The notes under the pieces: model-generated
What the model was told of the DNA's origin: nothing
Database searches by the model: none
The model's input: the letters and a program-made list of their open reading frames with translations, nothing else
Made by a program: the position numbers and the translations under genes
From: Pedobacter sp.
GTDB lineage: Bacteria > Desulfobacterota > Desulfuromonadia > Desulfuromonadales > Syntrophotaleaceae
NCBI GenBank assembly: GCA_050253415.1
Contig: JBFWJC010000001.1
Location: forward strand, 416,001-480,000
Direction of reading: 5' to 3'
DNA: 64,000 bases
Part shown: positions 1 to 10,592 of the stretch, in pieces
Layout: the number at the start of each line of letters is the position of its first letter
Position numbering within the stretch: position 1 is the stretch's first letter

Positions 1-112
1 GACAAGTAAGTCGAAATAGGGTAGAAATCTCTTCATTCGGAGGCAACGAGCGAGTCCGTAGCACGATTTAAAAAAACTAATCGCGCAACGCAAAAAAAAG
101 TAAAAAAAAAGA

Positions 113-141
113 TTGACTCGGCGGAACCTTTCACGTATAAA
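113..141 (+). promoter_or_regulatory. sigma-70 promoter of the tRNA pair
   Basis: TTGACT (113-118), 17 bp, TATAAA (136-141); A-tract UP-like element upstream; tRNA starts 18 nt downstream. Confidence 0.8.
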
Positions 142-158
142 GTGGCCTCCGTAGCAAG

Positions 159-234
159 GAGCCGCTAGCTCAGTTGGTAGAGCATCTGACTTTTAATCAG
201 ATGGTCGTAGGTTCGATCCCTACGCGGCTCACCA
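159..234 (+). tRNA. tRNA-Lys (TTT)
   Basis: Acceptor GAGCCGC/GCGGCTC, anticodon arm TCTGA-CTTTTAA-TCAGA, T-loop GGTTCGATCC, encoded CCA. Confidence 0.97.
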
Positions 235-239
235 TTTAA

Positions 240-317
240 GTCCCTATCGTCTAGCCCGGCCTAGGACACCGCCCTTTCACGGCGGCGACGGGGGTTCGAA
301 TCCCCCTGGGGACGCCA
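240..317 (+). tRNA. tRNA-Glu (TTC)
   Basis: Anticodon arm CCGCC-CTTTCAC-GGCGG, GGTTCGAATCC T-arm, encoded CCA. Confidence 0.97.
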
Positions 318-323
318 AAGTCA

Positions 324-356
324 ACAGCCCCACTGCCTAATTGGCGGTGGGGCTGT
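324..356 (+). terminator. hairpin after tRNA pair
   Basis: ACAGCCCCACTGCC / GGCGGTGGGGCTGT 14-bp stem; weak U-tract. Confidence 0.6.
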
Positions 357-414
357 CTGCGTTTCAGTTCACTGATGCGTATCGGCTATGGTTCATTCTC
401 TTTGGAAGGCTCGT

Positions 415-876
415 ATGTCCGAATCCAGCCCGATAGTTGAAATTTTCAGCGATGGTGCCTGTTCCGGTAATCCTGGGCCTGGCGGTTATGGCACCCTGTT
501 GCGTTGTGGTGATCGTGTTCGCGAGTTGTCGGGATTTGAACCTGAGACCACCAACAACCGTATGGAGATGCTCGGGGCCATTGCCGGCCTTGAGGCGCTG
601 ACACGTCCCTGTCTCGTGCGTGTGACCACCGATTCCCAGTATGTCTGCAAGGGGATGACGGAGTGGATCCATGGTTGGCGTAAAAAGGGGTGGAAAAACT
701 CCAAAAAAGAGGATGTCGCCAATCGGGACCTATGGGAAAGGCTTCTGGACCTGAGTTGCAAACACCAGGTCACGTGGCAATGGGTGCGCGGTCACGCCGG
801 CCATCCGGAGAATGAACGCTGCGATGAGCTTGCCCGTCAGGCAATCGCTGATGGTTGTTGCGCTTCGCTTGGTTGA
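415..876 (+). CDS. rnhA: ribonuclease HI
   Basis: [39 protein letters not shown] motifs. Confidence 0.97.
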   Translation: MSESSPIVEIFSDGACSGNPGPGGYGTLLRCGDRVRELSGFEPETTNNRMEMLGAIAGLEALTRPCLVRVTTDSQYVCKGMTEWIHGWRKKGWKNSKKEDVANRDLWERLLDLSCKHQVTWQWVRGHAGHPENERCDELARQAIADGCCASLG

Positions 877-979
877 ACTCCCTCTTCGTTAAAACTCCCA
901 CCTTGGATAAAGCTTAAAACTGTGTTATTCTTGGCAGTATTTGCTGTTGATCGGCTTCACTGCCCGAGGGAATGACCGC

Positions 980-1405
980 ATGGCTTCTGAACACATCTCC
1001 ACGCAACTGGTCGGCCCTGATGCGCTGTTGTCGCCTCTGGGATGGGATCTTGTGGCCTTGGCCTTATACGTCGGACTGGCTTGTGTCATTGTTGTCAGTC
1101 TTCTGTTGGCCGCCCGATTTTTAGGTCGTCGTACCCGTTCTCCCCTTAAAAGCCAGCCCTACGAATGCGGGGTGGAACCTACCGGCCCGACGCGGCCGGG
1201 ATTTCCGGTTCCCTTTTATCTTACTGCCATCTTTTTTGTGGTTTTCGATGTTGAAGTGGCATTCATTGCCTCCTGGGCGGTTGCTTATGACCTGTTGAGC
1301 TGGCAGGGCCTGGCGCAAATCGCTTTTTTCATCATCACCTTGCTGATTGCACTGTTCTACCTGTGGCGTCGTGGAGCTCTCGACTGGGGCCCGCAGCGCC
1401 GTTAA
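980..1405 (+). CDS. nuoA: NADH-quinone oxidoreductase subunit A
   Basis: PYECG, FVVFDVE, GALDW motifs; first in operon. Confidence 0.95.
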   Translation: MASEHISTQLVGPDALLSPLGWDLVALALYVGLACVIVVSLLLAARFLGRRTRSPLKSQPYECGVEPTGPTRPGFPVPFYLTAIFFVVFDVEVAFIASWAVAYDLLSWQGLAQIAFFIITLLIALFYLWRRGALDWGPQRR

Positions 1406-1420
1406 AGGACGCCGTAACGG

Positions 1421-3802
1421 ATGAGCGAGACAATTCCAAAAAATATCATCCTTACCACTTTGGATGATGCCATCAACTGGGGGCGAAAGAATAGCATGTG
1501 GCCGATGTTTTTCGGTCTGTCGTGCTGTTTTGTCGAGATGATGGGCAGCATGACGCCGCGTTTCGATCTGGCGCGTTTTGGTGCCGAGGTCCTGCGCGGT
1601 ACGCCGCGCGAGGCGGACCTGATGGTTATCGCAGGCACTCCATTTAAAAAAATGGCGGCCAGCATGCTGCGTGTTTACGAGGAGATGGCTAATCCCAAGT
1701 GGGTTATCGCCATGGGCAGCTGCGCCAACTCCGGTGGCATGTACGACGTTTACAGTGTCATGCAGGGGGTCAATCAGATCCTGCCGGTGGATGTCTATAT
1801 CCCCGGTTGTCCGCCGCGCCCGGAGGCCTTTATCCAGGGGTTGATGGTGCTGCAGGACAAAGTTGCCCGCAACGAGCGGCCGGCCAGATCGGTACTCAAC
1901 ATGCAGGGCGGCTGCGAAGGCACGACCGTGCCGATTCTCATCGATGGTCATAGCAAGTCCCGTGATACGCGCGGCCCGGGATACGGGCACTGCCCTATTC
2001 GCGGCACATCCCAGCAGCCCCCGGATTTCCAGGGTAGTCGCGCCGCCGGCCTCTGGACCCCGCCGCAGCCACAAATCGTCTTCCCCGATGGGACCGTACC
2101 TCTGTTGGAACAGGTCAGGCAACGTTTCGGCGAAACCGTCAAACAGGAGCAGACCGCCGATATGCCGACCCTGGTGGCCGAACCTGATCAGGTTCCGGAA
2201 CTGCTGCGGTTTCTCAAGCAGGACATCGATCAACCGTACCAGCGTCTCGAGGACTTGACTGCCGTGGATGAAACCGCGCGTAGCAGCCGTCCTTCCCACG
2301 ACCTGACTCTGGTCTACCACCTGCTGTCTTTTGAGCGTTCCGGCTATCTGCGTGTCAAGGCTCCTTTAGCCACCGCCCAGACTGAGGCGCCGTCGATCAC
2401 CGACTTGTGGCCTGCAGCCAACTGGTATGAGCGCGAGGCTTTCGACATGTTCGGTGTGCGTTTTGCCGGACACCCCAATCTGCGCCGTATTCTGATGCCG
2501 GAAGGCTGGCAGGGACACCCGCTACTCAAGTCCCACCCCGGTCGGGCTACCGACATGCCGCCTTTCACCCGGGACACCGCCACCACCATGGTGCCGCCAG
2601 AGGGCTCTCATTTTTTCAGCCGCCAGGAGAATTCCGACAACACGCTGTCTATCCTCAACCTCGGCCCCCAGCATCCAGGTACCCATGGGATTCTTCGGGT
2701 TATCCTGAAACTGGCTGGCGAGGAGATCGTCGATCTCGATTCGGAAATCGGCTACCATCACCGTGGGGCGGAAAAGATCGCCGAGCGTCAGCACTGGAAT
2801 CAGTATATCCCCTATACCGACCGCATCGACTATCTGGCCGGATCCCTGAATAATCTGGCTTATCTGCATACAGTTGAAACCCTCTGTGGTGTCGATGTGC
2901 CGCCGCGGGCCCGCTACATCCGCATTCTGCTTAGTGAACTGTTCCGTATCGCCAGTCACCTGGTATGGCTGGGTACCTTCGCCCATGACGTTGGTGCCAT
3001 GACGCCGGTATTCTATGCTTTCGACAGTCGCGAAAAGATCTTCGATATCATTGAAATGGTTACCGGCGGACGGATGCATCCCGCCTGGTTCCGTATCGGT
3101 GGCGTTCCGGAAGATCTGCCCGAAGGCTGGCGCGCAGCAGTGGATGCTTTTACCAAGGATTTCGAGGCGCGCATCGATGAGTTTGACCGTTTGTTGACCG
3201 ATGGCCCTATTTTTCGCGCCCGTACGGAAGGAATCGGTGTCGTCAGCCGGCAGCAGGCCATTGAACTCGGCTTTAGCGGACCTAACCTTCGCGCCACCGG
3301 GCTTGCCTGGGATTTGCGCAAAACCATGCCCTACGCCGGGTATGAGGAGTTTGATTTCGACGCCGTTACTGCCGAGGGAGGGGACTGTTTTGCCCGTTAC
3401 CTGGTACGTCTCGGGGAATTGCGCCAGAGCCTGCGCATCGTACGCCAGGCAGCGGAGCGCATGCCGGAAGGCCGCTGGGGCAGTAGCGACTATCGCTACG
3501 CGTTCCCCAAAAGACAGGACGGCCTGCAGGATATCGAAAGCTTGATCCACCATTTTCTGCATGTCAGCCGGGGGCCGACGGCGCCCCGCGGTGAATGCTA
3601 CCGGGCCACCGAATCGAGCAAAGGCGAATGCGGTTACTATGCCGTCAGCGACGGTGGGACCGGCGCCTATCGCCTGCGGATTCGAACACCGAGTTTCCCT
3701 CATCTGCAGGCCTTGCCCCAACTGAGTCGTGGCCGGCTGGTGGCCGACGTCATTACTATTCTCGGCTCGCTCGATTACGTGCTGGCCGATCTGGACCGCT
3801 GA
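1421..3802 (+). CDS. nuoBCD: fused NADH-quinone oxidoreductase subunit B/C/D
   Basis: NuoB GLSCCFVE...IPGCPP, Nuo[12 protein letters not shown]...GHP, Nuo[10 protein letters not shown]...DLDR in one 793-aa ORF. Confidence 0.95.
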   Translation: MSETIPKNIILTTLDDAINWGRKNSMWPMFFGLSCCFVEMMGSMTPRFDLARFGAEVLRGTPREADLMVIAGTPFKKMAASMLRVYEEMANPKWVIAMGSCANSGGMYDVYSVMQGVNQILPVDVYIPGCPPRPEAFIQGLMVLQDKVARNERPARSVLNMQGGCEGTTVPILIDGHSKSRDTRGPGYGHCPIRGTSQQPPDFQGSRAAGLWTPPQPQIVFPDGTVPLLEQVRQRFGETVKQEQTADMPTLVAEPDQVPELLRFLKQDIDQPYQRLEDLTAVDETARSSRPSHDLTLVYHLLSFERSGYLRVKAPLATAQTEAPSITDLWPAANWYEREAFDMFGVRFAGHPNLRRILMPEGWQGHPLLKSHPGRATDMPPFTRDTATTMVPPEGSHFFSRQENSDNTLSILNLGPQHPGTHGILRVILKLAGEEIVDLDSEIGYHHRGAEKIAERQHWNQYIPYTDRIDYLAGSLNNLAYLHTVETLCGVDVPPRARYIRILLSELFRIASHLVWLGTFAHDVGAMTPVFYAFDSREKIFDIIEMVTGGRMHPAWFRIGGVPEDLPEGWRAAVDAFTKDFEARIDEFDRLLTDGPIFRARTEGIGVVSRQQAIELGFSGPNLRATGLAWDLRKTMPYAGYEEFDFDAVTAEGGDCFARYLVRLGELRQSLRIVRQAAERMPEGRWGSSDYRYAFPKRQDGLQDIESLIHHFLHVSRGPTAPRGECYRATESSKGECGYYAVSDGGTGAYRLRIRTPSFPHLQALPQLSRGRLVADVITILGSLDYVLADLDR

Positions 3803-3803
3803 G

Positions 3804-4292
3804 ATGGCGATGTTACTATCTGAAAAACAAATCACGCAGCTTAAACGCCGCGTACGGGAAACCCCCCATCCCCGGGAAATGATCCTTGATGTGCTGCATG
3901 CCATCCAGGATGCCAACGGTTGGGTCTCGGACGAGGGGGTCGAACTGGCCGCCATCATCCTGGGGCTTTCGCCGTTGCAGGTCGAAGAGGTCGCGACTTT
4001 TTACGACAAGATCTACCGTCGCCCCGTGGGCCGGAAGGTTATTCATATTTGTGATTCAATCTGTTGCTGGAGTCGCGGCAGCGAAGCCCTTATGCTGCGG
4101 TTGCAGCAGCTTCTCGGTGTCGCTGCAGGAGAAACCACGAGCGACGGCATGTTCACCCTGCTGCCGACCTGCTGCCTGGGAGCCTGTGCCGATGCGCCGG
4201 CATTGCGGATCGGTAAAACCTTGTACGGCAAGGTCGCACCCGAGCAGCTCGAAACGATATTGGACAGCGAGCGGACCGAGGTGAAACCATGA
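3804..4292 (+). CDS. nuoE: NADH-quinone oxidoreductase subunit E
   Basis: ATFY, CDSICC, CLGAC [2Fe-2S] motifs. Confidence 0.93.
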   Translation: MAMLLSEKQITQLKRRVRETPHPREMILDVLHAIQDANGWVSDEGVELAAIILGLSPLQVEEVATFYDKIYRRPVGRKVIHICDSICCWSRGSEALMLRLQQLLGVAAGETTSDGMFTLLPTCCLGACADAPALRIGKTLYGKVAPEQLETILDSERTEVKP

Positions 4293-5566
4293 GAACCTGT
4301 GAACCGCTGCTATTTAAAAACCGCCGTATCGGTGAAACGGTTTTTCTTGAAGGTTATCGCAAAACCGGTGGGTACCAGGGCCTGGAAAAAGCTCTCAGGG
4401 AGATGACTCCGGCAAGCGTGCGGGAAGAAGTTAAGGCATCAGGCCTGCGTGGACGTGGCGGGGCCGGCTTTTCAACCGGACTCAAGTGGTCGTTCTTTCC
4501 CAGTGACGACCCGGGTGAAAAATACCTGGTGTGCAACGGCGACGAAATGGAGCCGGGTACCTTCAAAGATCGTCAGCTGTTGTTGGCCGATCCGCATCAA
4601 CTGTTGGAAGGGGTGCTGATTGCCTGCTATGCTCTTGGCATCGGGACCGCGTACATCTTTTTGCGTGATGCCTATCGGCAATGTGCTGCCAATCTTGAGC
4701 ATGCCATGGACGAGGCCCGTGAGGCAGGCCTGCTGGGTGAAAATATCCTCGGCAGCGGATTCTCCTGCGAGGTGCATGTGCACCGCAGCGCCGGACGTTA
4801 CATCTGCGGCGAGGAAACCGCCTTGCTCAACAGTCTGGAGGGGTTACGACCCAACCCCCGATCCAAGCCGCCCTTCCCGGCGGTCAAAGGATTGTTCGGC
4901 AAGCCGACCGCGCTGAACAATATCGAAACTCTGGCAAATGTGCCGCATATCATTACCGGTGGAGCAGCCTGGTATAAGAGTCTGGCTTTGACGGAGAAGG
5001 GCTCCGGTACCAAACTTTACGGGTTGGCCGGTCATCTCGAAACACCCTGCTGCGTGGAGTTGCCTCTGGGCATGCCGCTGGGAGAACTGATTCGGGATTT
5101 CGGCGGTGGCGTCTGGCGGCAGCGTTCTTTCAAAGCCTGTCTTCCCGGCGGTGCTTCGACCCCTTATCTGACCGCCGAGCATCTGGACGTAGCTCTTGAT
5201 TACGAAACCCTGGAGCAGGTCGGCACACGGCTGGGAACAGGAGGTGTGGTAGTATTCGATGATCGCACCTGCATGGTGGCCGCGACCCTGAACCTGCTGC
5301 GGTTTTTTGCCCGAGAGAGCTGCGGGTGGTGCACCCCCTGTCGCGATGGCTTGCCCCTGGTATGCTGGTTGCTGGAACGTATCGAACTTGGGCAGGGCAC
5401 GCGCGAGGATATGACCATGCTGCAGGAGCAGCTGCGCTATATCAATGGACGGTCTTTCTGCGCCCTGGCCCTGGGGGCCATGGGTCCCGTGGACGGGTTG
5501 CTGCGGCATTTCGCCGAAGAGGTGGAGGATCATATTCGCCTGGGACGTTGCCCTTTGCAAGCTTAA
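4289..5566 (+). CDS. nuoF: NADH-quinone oxidoreductase subunit F
   Basis: GLRGRGGAGF, YICGEETAL, ESCGWCTPCR. Confidence 0.97.
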   Translation: MRTCEPLLFKNRRIGETVFLEGYRKTGGYQGLEKALREMTPASVREEVKASGLRGRGGAGFSTGLKWSFFPSDDPGEKYLVCNGDEMEPGTFKDRQLLLADPHQLLEGVLIACYALGIGTAYIFLRDAYRQCAANLEHAMDEAREAGLLGENILGSGFSCEVHVHRSAGRYICGEETALLNSLEGLRPNPRSKPPFPAVKGLFGKPTALNNIETLANVPHIITGGAAWYKSLALTEKGSGTKLYGLAGHLETPCCVELPLGMPLGELIRDFGGGVWRQRSFKACLPGGASTPYLTAEHLDVALDYETLEQVGTRLGTGGVVVFDDRTCMVAATLNLLRFFARESCGWCTPCRDGLPLVCWLLERIELGQGTREDMTMLQEQLRYINGRSFCALALGAMGPVDGLLRHFAEEVEDHIRLGRCPLQA

Positions 5567-5724
5567 GACTGTTTGACGATAACGCCTCGGATTTATTGGC
5601 TTGAGTTCGGGTTGAAGTGAAATGGCAATAATCGCGCTTTTCGTGTGCAGTCCGCAGTTTCCGTACTTTTTGCGGTAACTTTGGTTTTTCAGACCATCAT
5701 TCTTAATCCTTTGAGTTGTTAAGC

Positions 5725-8121
5725 ATGCCGACTTTGATTATCGACAACCAGACCGTCACCGTGCCCGAGGGAACCAATGTTCTCGAAGCGGCAAAGCGAC
5801 TTGGCATCGAGATTCCGCATTTCTGTCACCATGAGGCGCTCGGTTCCGTTGGCGCCTGCCGGTTGTGTGCCGTGGAGTTTCGTGAGGGACCGGTCAAGGG
5901 CATACAGATGTCTTGCATGATTCCGGCAAAGGACGACATGGTGGTCGATACCGGCAGTGCCAAGGTCCTCGCCTACCGCGCCCAGGTCATCGAATGGCTG
6001 ATGACCAACCATCCTCACGATTGTCCGGTTTGCGACGAAGGCGGTGAGTGCCAGTTGCAGGATATGACTGTGGCCGGCGGCCACGGTATCAGGCGGTATA
6101 CCGGACCCAAGCGCACTTACCAGAATCAGAATCTGGGGCCCTTCATTGTCCATGAAATGAACCGCTGCATTCAGTGTTACCGCTGCGTGCGAACGTATCA
6201 GGACTATTGCGGTGGCACCGATTTTGGAGTTCTCGGTTCACGCCAGAGGCTTTACTTCGGACGTTTCAGCGACGGTCCATTGGAAAGCCCCTTCGCAGGG
6301 AATCTGGTAGACGTGTGTCCGACCGGGGTGCTGACGGATAAAACCTACCGGTTCAAAAGTCGTATCTGGGATTTGCAGGAAGCACCTTCCATCTGCCCCC
6401 ACTGTTCGCTGGGCTGTGCCGTCACTCCTGGCGCCCGCTACCGGCAATTACAGCGCCGTCGGGCGCGCACCAATAACCAGACCAATGGTCACTTTATCTG
6501 TGATCGAGGGCGTTTCGGCTACGGTTATGTCAATCATCCGGACCGGCCCCGCTACCCTCAGCTCGGTCATCGGCGAGTCACTTGGCAGGAAGCCCTGGCG
6601 GCTTTGCAAAACAAGCTGCAGGAGCTCGGAGAGCTGTTTGGCCCTGGCAGTATCGGATTACTGACATCGTCGCGGGCCACTCTCGAAACCCAATTTTTGA
6701 CCAAACGGTGGGCTACAGCCCTGGGCAGTGATCAGCTTTGCTTTGAAGCGCACCCCGGCCGCGACCTGGGCGCGCGCGTGGCGGCGTCACAACGGCTCGA
6801 TCGTACCGCCAGTCTGGAAGATGTTCGCAACTGTGATCTTGCGGTACTGATCGGAGCCGATCCCCTGTCTGAAGCACCGATGCTGGCATTGGCACTACGC
6901 CAGGCCGCGCGGCGCGGCGCACGGATCGTGGTTATCGATCCGCGACCGGTAGAGCTTCCGGTGGCCTTCGAGCGGCATGCGGTCTCGGTGGATAAGCTGG
7001 GCCAGTTGTTACGGGGGTTGAGTCGGCCACAGCAAAGCGAGTTTCCCTCCAGCATGGAAGAACTGGGCGGATCACTGGCCAGCGCATTGCTGGCGGCCAA
7101 AAGTCCGCTGCTCATCGGCGGCACCGATTTGCTTGGGCCGCAAGGAACGGAAGCTATGCAGCAAGCGGCGGAAGCTTGCTCGCAACCTGAAACCCCCTGT
7201 CGGACCATGTTTCTGCTTGCTGGACCCAACAGTTTTGGCGGTGCCCTGTTAAGCGCCGAGGGACCGTGTTTCAGCAGCCTGCTGGAAGGCATGGAACAGG
7301 GGCGTATCAAAGCCCTGCTGTGTTTTGAAGCCGACCCCCTTGCGGATTACCCGGATAGAAAGCGGAGCCGCGCTGCCTTGGCGCGTCTGGATATGCTGGC
7401 GGTTTTTGACTGTTCCGCCACCGCTACGTTGCAGGAAGCGGATCTTTTCTTCCCGACAACAACCGTGGAAGAATCGGCTGGGACTTTGGTTAACAACGAA
7501 GGGCGCATGCAAACCTTCGAGCAGGTATTTTCGGCCGGGACGCCTCTTGCCGAGAGTGCCGGTGGCAGTCATCCTCCGCGCTTTTTTACCCGCGATATCC
7601 CGGGTTCCGAGCCGCAGTCGGCCTGGGGAATTCTGGGTACTCTGATGGGGCGGAGCGCTGATCTTGGTGCGTTGCGCCGTGAAATAGAAAAAACCGAAAG
7701 TCGCTTCGCCGGATTATCGTTTCTGGAAGCCAACGGCGAAGGGCGACGTATCGCTGCCCCGCGTCAGCACCCGGCGCCACTCCAAGCCACTATCGCCGGC
7801 ATTACCGGTTCCGATCAGCTGCAATTGCTGGTGACAGAAACCCTGTACGGTTCTGAATTGCTCAGCAACCTGTCATCCTGCCTGCAGGAGCCCACTCCCT
7901 CACCCTTTGTGATGTTGCATCCGCAGGATGCGACGCGGTTCAAGTTGGAAGAGGGCAAAAAGGTGCTACTCGGCACTCCGGTGGGGGATTTGACGCTGAC
8001 ATTGCGGATTGAGGGGGATATGGTTCCCGGGGTTGCCATTGTTCCGAGACTACGGGGAACCGTGCTTGACCCGCTGGTACCCGGCACCGAACCGCTGCCT
8101 TGCCGCATCGAGAAAGCCTGA
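5725..8121 (+). CDS. nuoG: NADH-quinone oxidoreductase subunit G
   Basis: GACRLC, HPHDCPVCDEGGECQLQD, RCIQCYRC, CPHCSLGC clusters. Confidence 0.96.
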   Translation: MPTLIIDNQTVTVPEGTNVLEAAKRLGIEIPHFCHHEALGSVGACRLCAVEFREGPVKGIQMSCMIPAKDDMVVDTGSAKVLAYRAQVIEWLMTNHPHDCPVCDEGGECQLQDMTVAGGHGIRRYTGPKRTYQNQNLGPFIVHEMNRCIQCYRCVRTYQDYCGGTDFGVLGSRQRLYFGRFSDGPLESPFAGNLVDVCPTGVLTDKTYRFKSRIWDLQEAPSICPHCSLGCAVTPGARYRQLQRRRARTNNQTNGHFICDRGRFGYGYVNHPDRPRYPQLGHRRVTWQEALAALQNKLQELGELFGPGSIGLLTSSRATLETQFLTKRWATALGSDQLCFEAHPGRDLGARVAASQRLDRTASLEDVRNCDLAVLIGADPLSEAPMLALALRQAARRGARIVVIDPRPVELPVAFERHAVSVDKLGQLLRGLSRPQQSEFPSSMEELGGSLASALLAAKSPLLIGGTDLLGPQGTEAMQQAAEACSQPETPCRTMFLLAGPNSFGGALLSAEGPCFSSLLEGMEQGRIKALLCFEADPLADYPDRKRSRAALARLDMLAVFDCSATATLQEADLFFPTTTVEESAGTLVNNEGRMQTFEQVFSAGTPLAESAGGSHPPRFFTRDIPGSEPQSAWGILGTLMGRSADLGALRREIEKTESRFAGLSFLEANGEGRRIAAPRQHPAPLQATIAGITGSDQLQLLVTETLYGSELLSNLSSCLQEPTPSPFVMLHPQDATRFKLEEGKKVLLGTPVGDLTLTLRIEGDMVPGVAIVPRLRGTVLDPLVPGTEPLPCRIEKA

Positions 8122-8124
8122 CCG

Positions 8125-9117
8125 ATGAATGACGTGCTGCTGACCTTCATTCTGATTGTGACCAAACTGGGACTGGTGCTGGGAACGGTACTTAGTCTGG
8201 CGGCCTATATGGTGCTGGCCGAGCGCAAAATCCTCGGACGCATGCAGATGCGCCATGGTCCCAACCGGGTCGGACCGTTCGGTCTCCTGCAGCCCCTGGC
8301 CGATCTGATTAAACTGCTCTGCAAGGAGGATCTGATCCCGGAGCGGGCCGATCGCTGGGTGTTCATGCTGGCTCCGGCTATCTCGATCATGACGGCGCTA
8401 CTGGCGTTTGCCGTCATCCCGTTTGCGGCTCCCTTGCATCTGTTCGGCCGCACCATCCCGATGGTGATCTGTGACCTGAATATCGGAGTCTTATATCTGT
8501 TTGCCCTGTCGTCCCTTGCGGTTTACGGGGTTGCCCTGGGCGGCTGGGCTTCTCAGAGCAAATACGCCCTGCTGGGCGGCTTGCGTGCCATGGCGCAGAT
8601 GATCTCCTACGAACTGGCCATGGGGTTGGCGATTGTGCCGGTAGTGATGGCTGCCAAGTCCTTTTCCCTGACCGCCATCGTTGCCGCCCAACAGCCTTGG
8701 CCTAACGCCATCAGACATCCGCTGGCTTTTTTGATATTTGTTATTGCCATCATGGCCGAATCGAAACGTACCCCTTTCGATATGCCCGAGGCCGAAAACG
8801 AATTGGTGGCCGGTTTTCATACGGAATACTCCGGCATGCGTTTCGGGATGTTTTTTGTCGGCGAATATCTCAATCTGATCGTGCTCGGCGCCATGCTGAC
8901 CGTATTGTTTCTCGGCGGCTGGCACGGTCCATTGCTGCCGTCGGTCTGTTGGTTTCTCATCAAGGTCCTTGGCGTAGCTTTCTTTTTTATCTGGGTCCGA
9001 GGCACCATGCCGCGGCTGCGCTACGACCAGCTAATGGCTTTCGGCTGGAAAATTCTGGTGCCTCTGGGTTTGCTGAATGTTCTGGTCACGGCCGTATGGC
9101 TGTTATGGCGAGGCTGA
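8125..9117 (+). CDS. nuoH: NADH-quinone oxidoreductase subunit H
   Basis: ERK...[25 protein letters not shown]. Confidence 0.97.
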   Translation: MNDVLLTFILIVTKLGLVLGTVLSLAAYMVLAERKILGRMQMRHGPNRVGPFGLLQPLADLIKLLCKEDLIPERADRWVFMLAPAISIMTALLAFAVIPFAAPLHLFGRTIPMVICDLNIGVLYLFALSSLAVYGVALGGWASQSKYALLGGLRAMAQMISYELAMGLAIVPVVMAAKSFSLTAIVAAQQPWPNAIRHPLAFLIFVIAIMAESKRTPFDMPEAENELVAGFHTEYSGMRFGMFFVGEYLNLIVLGAMLTVLFLGGWHGPLLPSVCWFLIKVLGVAFFFIWVRGTMPRLRYDQLMAFGWKILVPLGLLNVLVTAVWLLWRG

Positions 9118-9118
9118 T

Positions 9119-9649
9119 ATGAGTTTGTGGAGAGACATCCGGGGAACCATCCTGCCGTTCTGGGTAACCCTGCGCTATTTGTTCCGCCGGCCGGTGACCG
9201 TGTGTTATCCCGAGCGCAAACAGACCCCCGCGCCGCGCTACCGTGGGCGGTTGGTTCTGACCCGCGATCCGGACGGCGAAGAGCGGTGCGTCGCCTGCCA
9301 CCTGTGCAGCGCCGCCTGCCCGGTCGACTGCATTTCCATGCAGGCCGCCGAGCGAGAAGACGGCCGTCGTCATGCTGCCTGGTTCCGCATTAATTTTTCC
9401 CGCTGCATTTTTTGTGGCCTGTGTACAGAGGCTTGTCCCACCCTGGCTTTGCAGATGACAGCTGAATATGAGCTGGCAACCCGCGAGTTATTACAGGTGA
9501 TATGCGAAAAAGACGAGCTACTCATCGATGGGTGCGGCAAAAACGACCAGTATAACTTCTATCGTTTGGCCGGCATCGGCGTCGCTGCTCCGCGGGGCTC
9601 CAATCCGGGCGAGACGCCGCCGGTGGACATCAGGAGCAACCTGCCGTAA
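9119..9649 (+). CDS. nuoI: NADH-quinone oxidoreductase subunit I
   Basis: Two CxxCxxCxxxCP motifs, RYRG. Confidence 0.95.
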   Translation: MSLWRDIRGTILPFWVTLRYLFRRPVTVCYPERKQTPAPRYRGRLVLTRDPDGEERCVACHLCSAACPVDCISMQAAEREDGRRHAAWFRINFSRCIFCGLCTEACPTLALQMTAEYELATRELLQVICEKDELLIDGCGKNDQYNFYRLAGIGVAAPRGSNPGETPPVDIRSNLP

Positions 9650-9774
9650 TGCGGCGTGCGGAAGGTTCATGCCTGGAGATGAAGTTTTGAGGGGCTAATA
9701 TCGCCTCCCAGGTGGTCGAAGGTCGTAAGAGGTTTCAGATTTGCACCAACCCTGATTGTATGTAAGGAAGAGAC

Positions 9775-10290
9775 ATGACCACCCTGCTTTTCTACATTCT
9801 GGCGGCAATCACCCTGTTGTCGACGATTTTGTGTCTGACGCGCAAAAATCCGGTGCATGCCGTGCTTTACCTGGTGCAAGCCCTGTTCGCTTTGGCACTG
9901 TTGTATTTTCTGCTCGGCGCACCACTGCTTGCGGCCTGGCAGATCATCCTGTATGCCGGAGCGATCATGGTCCTGTTTCTTTTCATCATCATGCTTATCG
10001 ACCCCCCGGTGGCCGAGTCCCGACTCCCCTTCCGTATCAGTCGTTGGCTACCTTCCGCGATCCTAAGCGGCCTATTGCTGGCTTGCGGCGGTGCTCTGAT
10101 TGTCATGGATCCGGCTGCGACAGCCGCTATCGTCCCTTACTGGCTGACCCCGCGGGATTTTGGCCGCACCTTGTTTGAACACTACGGCATGGCAGTGGAA
10201 ATTATTTCGTTGATTCTGCTGTTTGCAGCTGTAGGCGCCTTCCATCTCGGCCGGCGTTATCGCTCCACGACCAAGGAGGATGTTTCATGA
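9775..10290 (+). CDS. nuoJ: NADH-quinone oxidoreductase subunit J
   Basis: NPVHA, YAGAIMVLFLF; operon position. Confidence 0.94.
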   Translation: MTTLLFYILAAITLLSTILCLTRKNPVHAVLYLVQALFALALLYFLLGAPLLAAWQIILYAGAIMVLFLFIIMLIDPPVAESRLPFRISRWLPSAILSGLLLACGGALIVMDPAATAAIVPYWLTPRDFGRTLFEHYGMAVEIISLILLFAAVGAFHLGRRYRSTTKEDVS

Positions 10291-10592
10291 TCGTGCCCCT
10301 CGGCCATGTATTGATCCTGGCCGGCCTGCTGTTCGTGGCCGGGCTTGCAGGAGTGCTGCTGCGTCGCAACCTGATCATGATATTGATCGGCGTGGAGATC
10401 ATGCTTAATGCCGTCGGGCTCACTCTGGTCGGTGCTTCGGCCTATTGGCGGAATCCCGATGGTCAGCTGTTTGCCCTGTTGCTGATGGCCGTTGCGGCGG
10501 CTGAAGTAACCGTAGCCCTGGCTCTGGTTGTCTATCTGAAGCGCAGCCGCGGCACGATCGATGTCAATCGCTTTGATGGGATGCAGGGATGA
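10287..10592 (+). CDS. nuoK: NADH-quinone oxidoreductase subunit K
   Basis: RRNLI, EIMLN, AAAE. Confidence 0.95.
   Translation: MIVPLGHVLILAGLLFVAGLAGVLLRRNLIMILIGVEIMLNAVGLTLVGASAYWRNPDGQLFALLLMAVAAAEVTVALALVVYLKRSRGTIDVNRFDGMQG

Noticed and set aside
159..317. tRNA genes as an integration site
   Set aside because: No integrase and no duplicated tRNA 3' end seen in the window
5623..5638. TGGCAA-TAATC-GCGCT in the nuoF-nuoG gap as a sigma-54 site
   Set aside because: GG/GC spacing is right but the -12 element lacks TT; too weak
9650..9774. nuoI-nuoJ gap containing GGAGATG...CTCC, reminiscent of a fluoride riboswitch
   Set aside because: Spacing and the 3' TGATG/CTAC pseudoknot elements do not fit, and the context is unrelated
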